Below are positions 19,501 to 27,344 of a DNA stretch of 61,328 bases, piece after piece; position 1 is the stretch's first letter; each line of letters opens with the position of its first letter. Both the position numbers and the translations under genes were made by a program. Source of the stretch: a virus (lineage: Duplodnaviria > Caudoviricetes); IMG/VR virus record IMGVR_UViG_3300045972_000344, positions 1 through 61,328 of that record; one strand, written 5' to 3'. The notes below the pieces were generated by a model. That model ran no database searches. It worked only from the letters and a program-made list of their open reading frames with translations, and was not told the origin of the DNA.

Positions 19501-20645
19501 TGCCCTTCGACCGCCAGAGCGGCGCCGCCCGTCTTCGTGGCGATGTCCGTGCCCCCGCCGAGGGAGGTCATGCAGCCCTCGCCCTTGGCGACAGTCTGGG
19601 TCTCGACCTTGGCCCCCTCGGCTTCCTGGGCCTTCTTCGCGTGGAAGGCGTGGAGTTCCATGTGGCGCATCGCCATCTGGCCGTGGTGCCCGTCTTCGGA
19701 GTCCTCGTGGGCCCCGTGCAGGGACATGTGGTGGTCGATGGCGTGGGCATGCAGCGCGGCGGCCTTTCCGTGGTCGCCCTTGGTCCCGGTCTTCACGGCC
19801 TGGGTGGTGGCCTTCTCTGCCTCCCCGCTCGCCATGGCCGCCCGCTTGACGGTCGGGTAGGGGAGAGGGCCCATGCCTGCCTTAAAGCTGGCTTCGTGAG
19901 CCTGGGCCTGGATCTCGTGGCCTTCGGCCTGCTCCTCGTGTCCGGCGCCCGGCTTGGCCTCAGCCGCCTTCGCATGAGCGGTGGCGGCCGCTTGGTGGGC
20001 CGCGACCTTGCTGTGGGAATCGTAGGCTTCCCCGGCCGTCCGCGTGGAGGTCTCAGCCTTCGTCTTCGCCCGGTTGTATTTCTCCTCCCCTCGGAGGCTG
20101 TTGGCCTCGCTCCGGTGGTAGGCGACCGCGTTCAGGTGGGACGCCTTCAGCTTGGCATGCTCCTCCCCGACCTCCGGCACATCCATGGGGTGCACCGCGT
20201 GAGCCTCCCCGTGCTGCTTGGCCGCCTCCTCGTGGGACGCGGCGGCGTTCTCGTGGCCCTCGGCCGTCTTCGTCCGCATCGCGTGGAAGGTGGCCCCGTG
20301 CGCCAGGGTGGTCTGCTTCATGGCCGCCGTTCGGGCGTTCTCGTATGCCTTCACATTGACCGTCTTCCCGTTGGCGAGGGTCCGGGTGTGCTGCCCGACC
20401 ATCCCCTTGGCGATCTCCTCCACGGCGCCCAGGATCTCCAGGGCCTTGCCCTCGTCCCCGCCCATGGCCTTGACCACCTCCTCGACCACTTCCATGGGGG
20501 TGACCCCCTCGGCCGCGCCATCGGTCAGGGCCTTGGCGAAGGCGATCCCTTCCGGCGTCTTGTCGAGGCCCCGCAGGTCTCGGAGGAAGGAGCGGGAAGC
20601 CTGAAGCTGCCCCGCCATGGTGAAGATCCGGGTTAGGTGGTTCAT
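16593..20645 (-). CDS. 1350-aa His/Ala-rich repeat protein, probable internal head protein
   Basis: many HxxAAxxHxxA helices; four K[GSA]xVxxHTRxxxG[KR]xVxVxxY motifs; GGAGG RBS. Confidence 0.75.
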   Translation of the reverse strand: MNHLTRIFTMAGQLQASRSFLRDLRGLDKTPEGIAFAKALTDGAAEGVTPMEVVEEVVKAMGGDEGKALEILGAVEEIAKGMVGQHTRTLANGKTVNVKAYENARTAAMKQTTLAHGATFHAMRTKTAEGHENAAASHEEAAKQHGEAHAVHPMDVPEVGEEHAKLKASHLNAVAYHRSEANSLRGEEKYNRAKTKAETSTRTAGEAYDSHSKVAAHQAAATAHAKAAEAKPGAGHEEQAEGHEIQAQAHEASFKAGMGPLPYPTVKRAAMASGEAEKATTQAVKTGTKGDHGKAAALHAHAIDHHMSLHGAHEDSEDGHHGQMAMRHMELHAFHAKKAQEAEGAKVETQTVAKGEGCMTSLGGGTDIATKTGGAALAVEGHPDEKDRKKDEDDEEEIGKSHVEGHTRTVNGKVVQVAAYDFNRMWTHHGEVMNHQSSHPRAATATDNALAASEEAHGNEELGVEKNDQHAYAAHMHLEAAQEHDHAAAASTDDALRLHHATAAMGHHSFADEHTRIQRSMEKPDAGDHATMAMEKVVGLNLHGNGTARQASEHAHSQTIRAGEKNTPLSHARAFNAHRAAANAHRDRAKDHTNRMDIMPEVIEAHHAIARHHEDAATAHLEEVRALKDAATPGVEGQDFGKSEVAAHTRTQGGRVVQVSAYESKRASATRASEAARAGDVDHDKVGYGPGSEKKYLESARLHRHAALMHKAAARAQVDDMTANRNTDHTAAHIQHDGRADAHEGNATESRRLRIPAPERNARATSYPAQKAAAEAQSSAAHVLTGKVRSGGGKQEDIQAAYEAHRKASDMHNTLANNGPVEFSRGHAETRNLHFQVAERFRPKGQTVAKAHVEQHTRVVGGKTVQVSGYDTHMNAANAISKNATMATSHSISKGHEEHAAAADLHKQAAEAHRTAAQHAPEAWQQRGHEDQANLHGHYASSHAKKAAELAPAARAKKTPIVTELPNGMRHTEGEDSTGQPIHSVSSGGAILGHGKTREEAMEMADRETKAHQEGKASAATPDDHTRAADKASRETSAHARGEAGYEDAHGKAALLHEKAGEAHLQAHAEGNGSEHYHAASRHFGMSVDHAKENTGNQGTYEHATKIAGHLSEHADAHKLEDNYQSHDQHAAKHLLAIEAHGKAREAATKMGTTAHANQYPADHHFLKADAHRTKIEHHRAEMAKGHDEINLRAKRAESASRTTLAPAGGAKVHEEAAAAHRHAAAIQYDSEVRGQHETKAAYHDGQVAAMQARTPPETHHDRALAAAKGTKGRTGKQMLPYSQTAHAASVKAEQTGTKEDHHAAEMSHMAAEMSHEQANEDTDYKHEGHQKAWEAHHAAASYHRAKAQG

Positions 20646-20727
20646 CCCTGCCTCCGTATTCGGTGCCTCATTCTCCCACCTTCCCGAAAGATTGGCGGAT
20701 CTGGTATTTGGTCCTCACTCGAAATTA

Positions 20728-20759
20728 TGACTTGCGAAAAGTCAAGCGGGGGCTATACT
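20728..20759 (+). promoter_or_regulatory. sigma70-like promoter with overlapping palindrome
   Basis: TTGCGA(20732)-16 bp-TATACT(20754); TGACTT-N5-AAGTCA over the -35. Confidence 0.65.
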
Positions 20760-20784
20760 TCTAAGTGCAAAGGAGCCCCACCCC

Positions 20785-21897
20785 ATGAAAAACGCCGCCC
20801 TCTCCATCCCCGTCTTCTACTCCCCGAAGCAGGCTGCCAAGAACGCCACCGCCTTCTCCCCGTCCGCCGGGAAGCCCGCCATCGTGGCCCAGGCCCTGCT
20901 CGACCGTGGGTTCGCCGTCACCATCAAGGCGCCCCGCCCCCTGCTGTTCTCCGAAATGGAGCGCGTCCACGGCACCCGCCATCTCATGGGGATCCTGGAC
21001 GGGACCATCTCCAACGGCTTCGGGAACAAGGATCTGGAAGTCGCCCGGACCCTCCCCTACACCACGGGCTCGATGCTCTCGGCTGCCCTGGCTGCCACCC
21101 CGGAAATGCCCGCCGTGTCGCTGTCGTCCGGGTTCCACCACGCTGGCTACACCAGCCCCTCCGGCTTCTGCACCTTGAATGGCCTCATGATCACCGCCGC
21201 CGCCCTGCTGTCCCAGAAGAAGGCCCGCCGGGTCGCCATCCTGGACTGCGATGCTCACTACGGGAATGGCACCGATGAAATCCTCCGCATGTTCCCCGCC
21301 CTGGCGAAGCACATCATCCACCGCACGGTCGGCCAGGGCTCGGTCCACCACTCCGCCTACCTCCAGAAGGTCGAGCGGTTCCTGTCCGAGATCCGGGACT
21401 TCGGCCCCGATGTGGTTCTCTACCAAGCGGGCGCCGATCCCCACGAGTGCGACCCCTTGGGCGGCTACATCAGCACCGATGAAATGCGCCAGCGGGACCG
21501 GATGGTCTTCGAGTGGGCCAAGAAGAACAAGGTCGCGCTCTGCTGGAACCTCGCGGGCGGCTACAACAAGGGTGGCGTCACCGGGATCGATCCGGTGCTG
21601 GCCCTCCACCTGAACACCTTCCGGGAAGCCTGCGCGGTCTACGGGCTCCCCGTCCCGGCCGAGATGGTGGTGGCTGCCCTCAGCCCGAGCGCCAAGGCTT
21701 CACGCAGCGCCTACTGGGACCAGGACTGGGACAACCAGGATCGCTCCTACGGCGGCCGCTACTCCCGGCGCGAATCCTCCCGGCGGGCCCAGCGGGTCTC
21801 CTCCCACGAGAATTGGAGCGGTGGCAAGGGCGCGAAGGAACTGGAGCAGCCCCGGCGCCTCAGTGAACGCTCGATGTTCGACCTGGACCGCTTCTAA
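20785..21897 (+). CDS. Zn-dependent histone deacetylase (HDAC/AcuC) family protein
   Basis: GFHHA, GFC, LDCDAHYGNGT, YQAGAD...DPLG, AGGY all intact. Confidence 0.93.
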   Translation: MKNAALSIPVFYSPKQAAKNATAFSPSAGKPAIVAQALLDRGFAVTIKAPRPLLFSEMERVHGTRHLMGILDGTISNGFGNKDLEVARTLPYTTGSMLSAALAATPEMPAVSLSSGFHHAGYTSPSGFCTLNGLMITAAALLSQKKARRVAILDCDAHYGNGTDEILRMFPALAKHIIHRTVGQGSVHHSAYLQKVERFLSEIRDFGPDVVLYQAGADPHECDPLGGYISTDEMRQRDRMVFEWAKKNKVALCWNLAGGYNKGGVTGIDPVLALHLNTFREACAVYGLPVPAEMVVAALSPSAKASRSAYWDQDWDNQDRSYGGRYSRRESSRRAQRVSSHENWSGGKGAKELEQPRRLSERSMFDLDRF

Positions 21898-22085
21898 TCC
21901 TCGGCCTGCAGTTCTTCGGCGTGGAGGCATGTGGCCTTCGCCACCGCGAGCACCAGACAGTTGATCGCCTGCTCGGGCGTCCAAATTCCCACAGGGGGGT
22001 CAGCGATGGCCCCCTTGAGGTCGTTAACCGCGAGGACCACGCCCTGCTCTGCTTTGATCTTTTCGATGGCGGCTTGGGCGCTCAT
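21894..22085 (-). CDS. small hypothetical protein
   Basis: ATGA-coupled to the GNAT gene; 3' end overlaps the HDAC stop. Confidence 0.55.
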   Translation of the reverse strand: MSAQAAIEKIKAEQGVVLAVNDLKGAIADPPVGIWTPEQAINCLVLAVAKATCLHAEELQAED

Positions 22086-23617
22086 GCTGATCTCCGGGCT
22101 GCTTTGGCCTTCGTGTATTTAAGCATGCGTTGTAGGTGGCGGTCATCCCCCACCAGGAACCGACCACCGAAGTTCGTTCCAGGCATGAAGAACTGGCCGA
22201 GGGGATGGTCCGCGACCTCCCACTGGGCGTAGTTGTTCGTCTTCGCCACGAGGGCCTCGAATTCCCGGCGCTTGGTGGGGTTCGCCCAGATCGCCTTGGC
22301 CTCCTGCGCCTGCTGCAGCTTGTGGGCACTCGACCGCATCTTGGCTTGGTTCCCGGCGCTCGTGGCGGCCTGCAGTTCCCGCTGCCGCTTGACGATGTGC
22401 TGGTCGAAGTCGATCTGGGAATAGCGGGCCTGGATCTGGCTCTGCTGCGACCGCCAGCAGGAATTGTCCCTCGGCACGAACCCGTATCGGCTCCAGGCGA
22501 ACCCGCCCCCGCCGCAGGCCGCCGTCACATCGGCGTGGTGAAGGCCCCATGCCCGGTAGTAGTCCATCGAGTGGGCCAGGAACGCCTCGCTGTAACCCGA
22601 CCCCTGGACCGAATCGTCCGTGATCAGGTAGGCGTGGTAAACCGATTTTTCGGCCGGGTTGCTGAAATTGAAATTGCGCTGAAAGGTTCCGATCTTGCCG
22701 GGAAGGGCCGGGTCTCCGCCGAAGCTCAGGCTTGACGAACTCCCGTCAAATGCCAGCTTCAGCCCTGGCCCCCAAGGCACAAAGCAATCCTCGATCCACT
22801 GCCGAATGTCGCTCTTGCAGTGCAGATTCCAGCCGTTGATGAAGCCGTCCGTGAACCTGAAGGTCATCCCCCTGGCTGCGCACTCCCGGGTCACTGCATC
22901 GCAGATTGCCCTGCTGAGGGGTTCGGTCTGGGGGATCGGGTTCCCACCGAACATGCCGCCCGCGACTCGGACGGCGCCGAACAGCTTGGCGAATTCATCG
23001 TCAATGTCGGATTCAGAGGCTCCCGGGGTCTCCAGGCGCTGCCCGAAGATGCTGGCGAACTGGTCATCCGTCTCGGTCTCCGTGGGCCCGGTCGCAACCG
23101 GGGCACTTTGGGCCACGGCGGGGGCCACGGCGGGCGCGGGGGTGGCGAGTGGGACCACGGGCCGGGCAGGGGCCGTGCGCGCCCTGGTGGGCCTCACGGG
23201 CGCCGCTGCCATCGGGACGGTGTTCACGGTGGGAGGGGGTGCCTCCTGGCTGAACCCGCCATGGAAGGCCACGGCGTTCAGGAGGGCCCGGGCGTCCTGC
23301 GCGGTCTCGAAGTCCAGCACATCGTAGGCGCCTTGGCGGCCGTGGTGGTTCCCGCCTGCCCGGGTCCGGGTGTAGCGGATGCCGTGCCTGTCGGCGAGCC
23401 TCATCAGTTCTCGGGTGTCCGCCCCGTTGGTGGACCGGATCCGGGTGGGCCTCCCGTCCACGATGGTCGACCGCTCGTGAAGGTGGGCCTCCCGGCTGGT
23501 GGCCGCGATGGCGTGGTTCGCGTGGTAGTCGTGGACGAAGATCACCTTGCCGTTGACCACCCGGTAGTGGGCGTTCGTGTGGCGGTTCTCCTGGTGGGTG
23601 GCGGCGACAGCGGGCAT
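22082..23617 (-). CDS. multi-domain protein with C-terminal GNAT acetyltransferase
   Basis: VYHAYL...VQGSGYS (acetyl-CoA motif A)...GGFAWSRYGF; Pro/Ala linker; N-terminal domain shared with upstream gene. Confidence 0.72.
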   Translation of the reverse strand: MPAVAATHQENRHTNAHYRVVNGKVIFVHDYHANHAIAATSREAHLHERSTIVDGRPTRIRSTNGADTRELMRLADRHGIRYTRTRAGGNHHGRQGAYDVLDFETAQDARALLNAVAFHGGFSQEAPPPTVNTVPMAAAPVRPTRARTAPARPVVPLATPAPAVAPAVAQSAPVATGPTETETDDQFASIFGQRLETPGASESDIDDEFAKLFGAVRVAGGMFGGNPIPQTEPLSRAICDAVTRECAARGMTFRFTDGFINGWNLHCKSDIRQWIEDCFVPWGPGLKLAFDGSSSSLSFGGDPALPGKIGTFQRNFNFSNPAEKSVYHAYLITDDSVQGSGYSEAFLAHSMDYYRAWGLHHADVTAACGGGGFAWSRYGFVPRDNSCWRSQQSQIQARYSQIDFDQHIVKRQRELQAATSAGNQAKMRSSAHKLQQAQEAKAIWANPTKRREFEALVAKTNNYAQWEVADHPLGQFFMPGTNFGGRFLVGDDRHLQRMLKYTKAKAARRSA

Positions 23618-23620
23618 GGT

Positions 23621-26206
23621 CTACCTCCCCTGCAGCTTCGCGGCGAAGTCCCGGGCATGCTGGGCATGCTCCTCTGCCTTGCGGATCGCGGCCTTCCGCT
23701 CCTCACCCTTGGGCAGCGTCATGGCGTGGTGGTAGGTCGCCACCGCCGACTTCTTGTAGGCATCGAGTGCGGCCGTGATCTTGCCTCGGTCGGTGGTGCC
23801 CGTGGCGATGGCATGGGCCGTGGCCGCCGCCTGCTGGTGGGTCTCATGGGCCCGGGCAAAGCGGGGATCAGAGGTCTTCGGCCGGGATTCCAGGCGGGTG
23901 GCCTCCTTCGCGGCCTTGTCCGCAAGCTGGGCCAGCTTGTCCACCACGGGCTTCGTGGCCGATGCCCAGATCCCAGTGGGGTGCGCCATCACGGGGAGGG
24001 CTGCGTCCCGGGCCTGCCGGACGGCTTGGGCCATGGTGGTGGCGGCTGCCCGGGCGTCATCGGCCTCGGGGTGCTGCGCCAGCACTTCCGTGGTGGCTGT
24101 GTGGATCGTGTTCAGGTGCGCGAGGGCCCCCGCGAAGCGGATGGCGGCGGTCTTCTGCTCCCCGGTCATCCCGCCGTTGAGGGTCTCGCTGTTGATCGCC
24201 TGGATCTGGGTGGATACGGCCGTCTGGGGATTCTGTTCGGTGGTGGCGAACCGCTCCAGCTTGGCTCCGAAATCCAGGGCCGCGATCTGGCTGTCGATCC
24301 CGGTCTTGGCCTCGGTCAGCTTGGCCTCGGTCATCCCGGCGGGAAGCGCGGCGCCCGTGGGGCGCATGTCGATCATGTCCTTGGCATCGTTGGCCGCCTT
24401 CTTGGCCGCCTCGAATCCGCGACCGCTGCTGAGGGTGCTGGTGATCGCGGCCGGGTTCAGGCTGGTCATCGCGTTCCGCCACTGGTTCGCGGCGGTGGTC
24501 TTCCAGGCGGTCAGGCGCTCCTGGTGCCACCGAGGGCCCTTGCCCTGCTGGTCTGGGATGGCTCCACGGGTCGCCAGATCCAGGCCGATGGCATGGGTTC
24601 GGATGGCCTCCATGGAGTTCTGCAGGGCCTGCTTCGTGTGCTGGCTATCGGTGCCCCGGGCCCGGTCGCCAGCCGCGAAGGCAGCGTCCCGAGCGGTCTG
24701 GTATTGCGAGGCCGTGACGCCGGATCCGGCCGGTGGCCCGGTGACGGGCGCAGGACGGGGGGCCCCGGAAGGGCCAGCACCCGCGCCAGGGGCTGCCGGG
24801 CGGACGGGGATGGGGACGGAGGTTCCCTGGGGCGGAACAATCGCAGCGGCGGCAGCCTGGGCAGGCTGGTTCAGGCTCGGGTGCAGGTAATTGTCCATGG
24901 CCGTGTAGCGCAGGCGTGGCGAGGCGCTGTCCTCCCGGCCGACATACCCGCCCCGGACCTTCTCCGCCTTGATCTGGGTCACCAGGGCGTTCGCGGCGGC
25001 CTGGGACATGGGGGTGACCGTCTTGGTTCGGACGACCAGCGAGCGGCTGTCGATGCTCCCGTTCCCGGCGTTGACGACCCACTTCCCCTCCCCCACTTGG
25101 CGGAGGTCGATGATGTAGTGCTTGTTGTGCGTCCCGCTCGTGTTCTCCAGGACCACCCGGCGGTCAAGCTGCCCCGCGATGTGGTTGGTGAAGAAGCGGC
25201 GATCCTGGCTGAAACTCTGGGCGGCAGCGGCCAGGGCGGCGGAAGGAGACGGGGCCTGGGCGGCGGCGGCATTCGCCACGGCGGCATTGTTCGTCCGGGT
25301 GGCGGTCGCCATCCTCTGCAGCGCAGCCTGGACGGCTCCGGCGCCCCGGGTGGCGGTGTGGACGGTGTGCTCGTGGGCTCGGTCGCCGTGGCGGAGCCGC
25401 ACCGCGTCCATGACGGCGTGGGCCTCGGCAGTGCTGGCGAAGATCATGGTCGGGTATGCGCTTTGACGCCCGTGGTGGTTCGCCCCACTGGGCCGGGTCG
25501 CCACCGGGTTGACCCCCAGGCTGTGCGCGGCCGAGAGGACGAGGTCGCGGTCGTCCGAGTCGGTGGCCCGGATGAATGCCTGCCCGGACTGGTTCACTCC
25601 CACCACTGTCCGCTGGTGCATGGTGGCGCTCGGGTGCTCCCCGTTCACCGTCCGGTCGTAGTTCGGGATGTAGACGATTTTGCCGTTCACGATCCGGTAA
25701 TGCGCCTTCACATGCGCCGTCTCGGACTTCAGAACCGCCTCGTCCTGCAGATTCCCTTCCTCGATCCAGCGGCCGAGTTCGTCAATCGGGACGGTGATGA
25801 CCGAGCCCATCACATCGTCCGGGTTGTCGCTTCTCCCCGCCCTGAACGCGTGGATGGCCGCCTCCCGGCTGGGGTAACCGATGAAGACCTTGTGCTCATC
25901 GAATTCGCCCGTGGGCCCCTTCTGGTTGATGATGTGGGCCTCGGTGCCGCTGCCCATGAGGGGCCCGACCGCGCAGTCCAGGTGATCCCCGTCCGCGCCC
26001 TCGGTGCCCTTGATGTATCCGTAGTGGTAGGGCATCGTCACTTCCCACGGATCGCCCTTGTGGTTCACGCCGCTCCGCTTCGTGCCCGCCAGATTCTCGA
26101 TGGCGATGTCCATGCCGTGCAGGCGCCAGTGGGTCTTCGCGTAGTTCCCGGCTCGCTTCTGCGCCTCGGTCGGCGCATCGGGTGCGATGGGCGTGGCGGT
26201 CGTCAT
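23621..26206 (-). CDS. polyvalent protein: InPase + shared domain + WGR-like domain + helical tail
   Basis: AGNYAK...YGYIKGTEGADGDHLD...FDEHK; NKHYII...KAEKVRGGY; ATG 26206 after GGAGG. Confidence 0.8.
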   Translation of the reverse strand: MTTATPIAPDAPTEAQKRAGNYAKTHWRLHGMDIAIENLAGTKRSGVNHKGDPWEVTMPYHYGYIKGTEGADGDHLDCAVGPLMGSGTEAHIINQKGPTGEFDEHKVFIGYPSREAAIHAFRAGRSDNPDDVMGSVITVPIDELGRWIEEGNLQDEAVLKSETAHVKAHYRIVNGKIVYIPNYDRTVNGEHPSATMHQRTVVGVNQSGQAFIRATDSDDRDLVLSAAHSLGVNPVATRPSGANHHGRQSAYPTMIFASTAEAHAVMDAVRLRHGDRAHEHTVHTATRGAGAVQAALQRMATATRTNNAAVANAAAAQAPSPSAALAAAAQSFSQDRRFFTNHIAGQLDRRVVLENTSGTHNKHYIIDLRQVGEGKWVVNAGNGSIDSRSLVVRTKTVTPMSQAAANALVTQIKAEKVRGGYVGREDSASPRLRYTAMDNYLHPSLNQPAQAAAAAIVPPQGTSVPIPVRPAAPGAGAGPSGAPRPAPVTGPPAGSGVTASQYQTARDAAFAAGDRARGTDSQHTKQALQNSMEAIRTHAIGLDLATRGAIPDQQGKGPRWHQERLTAWKTTAANQWRNAMTSLNPAAITSTLSSGRGFEAAKKAANDAKDMIDMRPTGAALPAGMTEAKLTEAKTGIDSQIAALDFGAKLERFATTEQNPQTAVSTQIQAINSETLNGGMTGEQKTAAIRFAGALAHLNTIHTATTEVLAQHPEADDARAAATTMAQAVRQARDAALPVMAHPTGIWASATKPVVDKLAQLADKAAKEATRLESRPKTSDPRFARAHETHQQAAATAHAIATGTTDRGKITAALDAYKKSAVATYHHAMTLPKGEERKAAIRKAEEHAQHARDFAAKLQGR

Positions 26207-26324
26207 GGTGCCTCCGGGTTGGAGAATTTTCGCATATCCCGACAGCGCGCGGGTGAATCTGGAGTGAGGCACGGTCCCGCAACTGTTGGTTTTTCCTCAG
26301 AGTGCGGGTGGCATACTTCCCCCC

Positions 26325-27332
26325 ATGGACACTGGCGCTCTCCAAAACGCAGCCGCGCTCATCGCAGGGATGGGGCTCATGGCCTCCCCCGCCGAGATGC
26401 CGATGCTGACCCTCGATTGCGGAACCCAGTTCTGCAAGGCGACCCCTGCCATCGAGGGCGGTCACCGGGTGCTCTACATGGAGGCTTCGTCCGAGGCCCG
26501 CGATGTCCAGAACGAGCGGATCCTTGCGGCGGCGCTGGAGGACTCGAAGGACTATTTCCTGAAATACGGCCGGATCGACCTGGATCACGCCACCGTCTGG
26601 CAGATGATCCGCGAGACCAAGCTGGACCCGTCCAACCCCTACGCCCGGGAAATCGGCCGCCCCCTCGATGTCCGCGTGACCCGGAAGCCCGGCGATGTTC
26701 CCCGCGTCTGGGTGAAGTGCGCCATCTTCAAATCCTCCGACCCCTCCAACCAGTTCGCCCGCGCGGCTAATTGGTTCTGGGACACCCTGCAGGTCACCCC
26801 TCCCGCGATCTGGTATCCCTCGGTCGCAGGCTCGCTCCTCCCGGGTGGCCGCGAGGATGGCCCTGACGGTTCCCGCACCATCAAGAAGCTGCGGTGGCAC
26901 TCCATCGGCCTGTCCCGGAACCCGGTCAACACCGACCTGTCCCCCGCCTCGACCGTCCCCCTGGATGTCTTCGCCAAGGCCATGCGTCCCGGTAACGACC
27001 TCTCGGCTGCCCTGAACGCGCTCTCCCAGTTCTCTGCCCCTGCTCCGGCGGACGCGGATGCTGCCCTGCGGCATGCCGGGATCCAGCTTCCCCCCGTGGA
27101 CGGCGGTTCCATCCCTGCTGGCCTCGTGCTCACTGAAGAGCGCGGCGCCGTCATCCGGCGGGCCATCCTGGAAGCCCAGCCCCCCTACGCCATGACCGAC
27201 TGGCTCGCCAAGGTCGCGTCCATGGGAATCACGCCCGCCGAGGGCATGGCTTACCTCCTCGCCCTCCTCGGTGATGGACGGCGGTTTGCCATGACTCTCG
27301 ATCCCGCAGACAATAAGATCCAACCCCTGTAA
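26325..27332 (+). CDS. prohead protease
   Basis: EASSEARDVQNE...YFLKYGRIDLDH...PSVAG...IGLSRNPVN; first gene of head operon. Confidence 0.75.
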   Translation: MDTGALQNAAALIAGMGLMASPAEMPMLTLDCGTQFCKATPAIEGGHRVLYMEASSEARDVQNERILAAALEDSKDYFLKYGRIDLDHATVWQMIRETKLDPSNPYAREIGRPLDVRVTRKPGDVPRVWVKCAIFKSSDPSNQFARAANWFWDTLQVTPPAIWYPSVAGSLLPGGREDGPDGSRTIKKLRWHSIGLSRNPVNTDLSPASTVPLDVFAKAMRPGNDLSAALNALSQFSAPAPADADAALRHAGIQLPPVDGGSIPAGLVLTEERGAVIRRAILEAQPPYAMTDWLAKVASMGITPAEGMAYLLALLGDGRRFAMTLDPADNKIQPL

Positions 27333-27344
27333 AGGAGACCTCCC

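Noticed and set aside
20785-21897. HDAC as host contamination or assembly chimera
   Set aside because: Shares the leader motif and codon habits of other phage early genes and overlaps its neighbour's stop; read-level confirmation is still needed
22820-26770. 1316-aa plus-strand ORF, and similar long ORFs at 11934..13871, 14070..16121, 18231..20636, 30679..32997, 47751..50741, 57147..59294
   Set aside because: Antisense shadows of real genes caused by high GC3; no motifs or RBS
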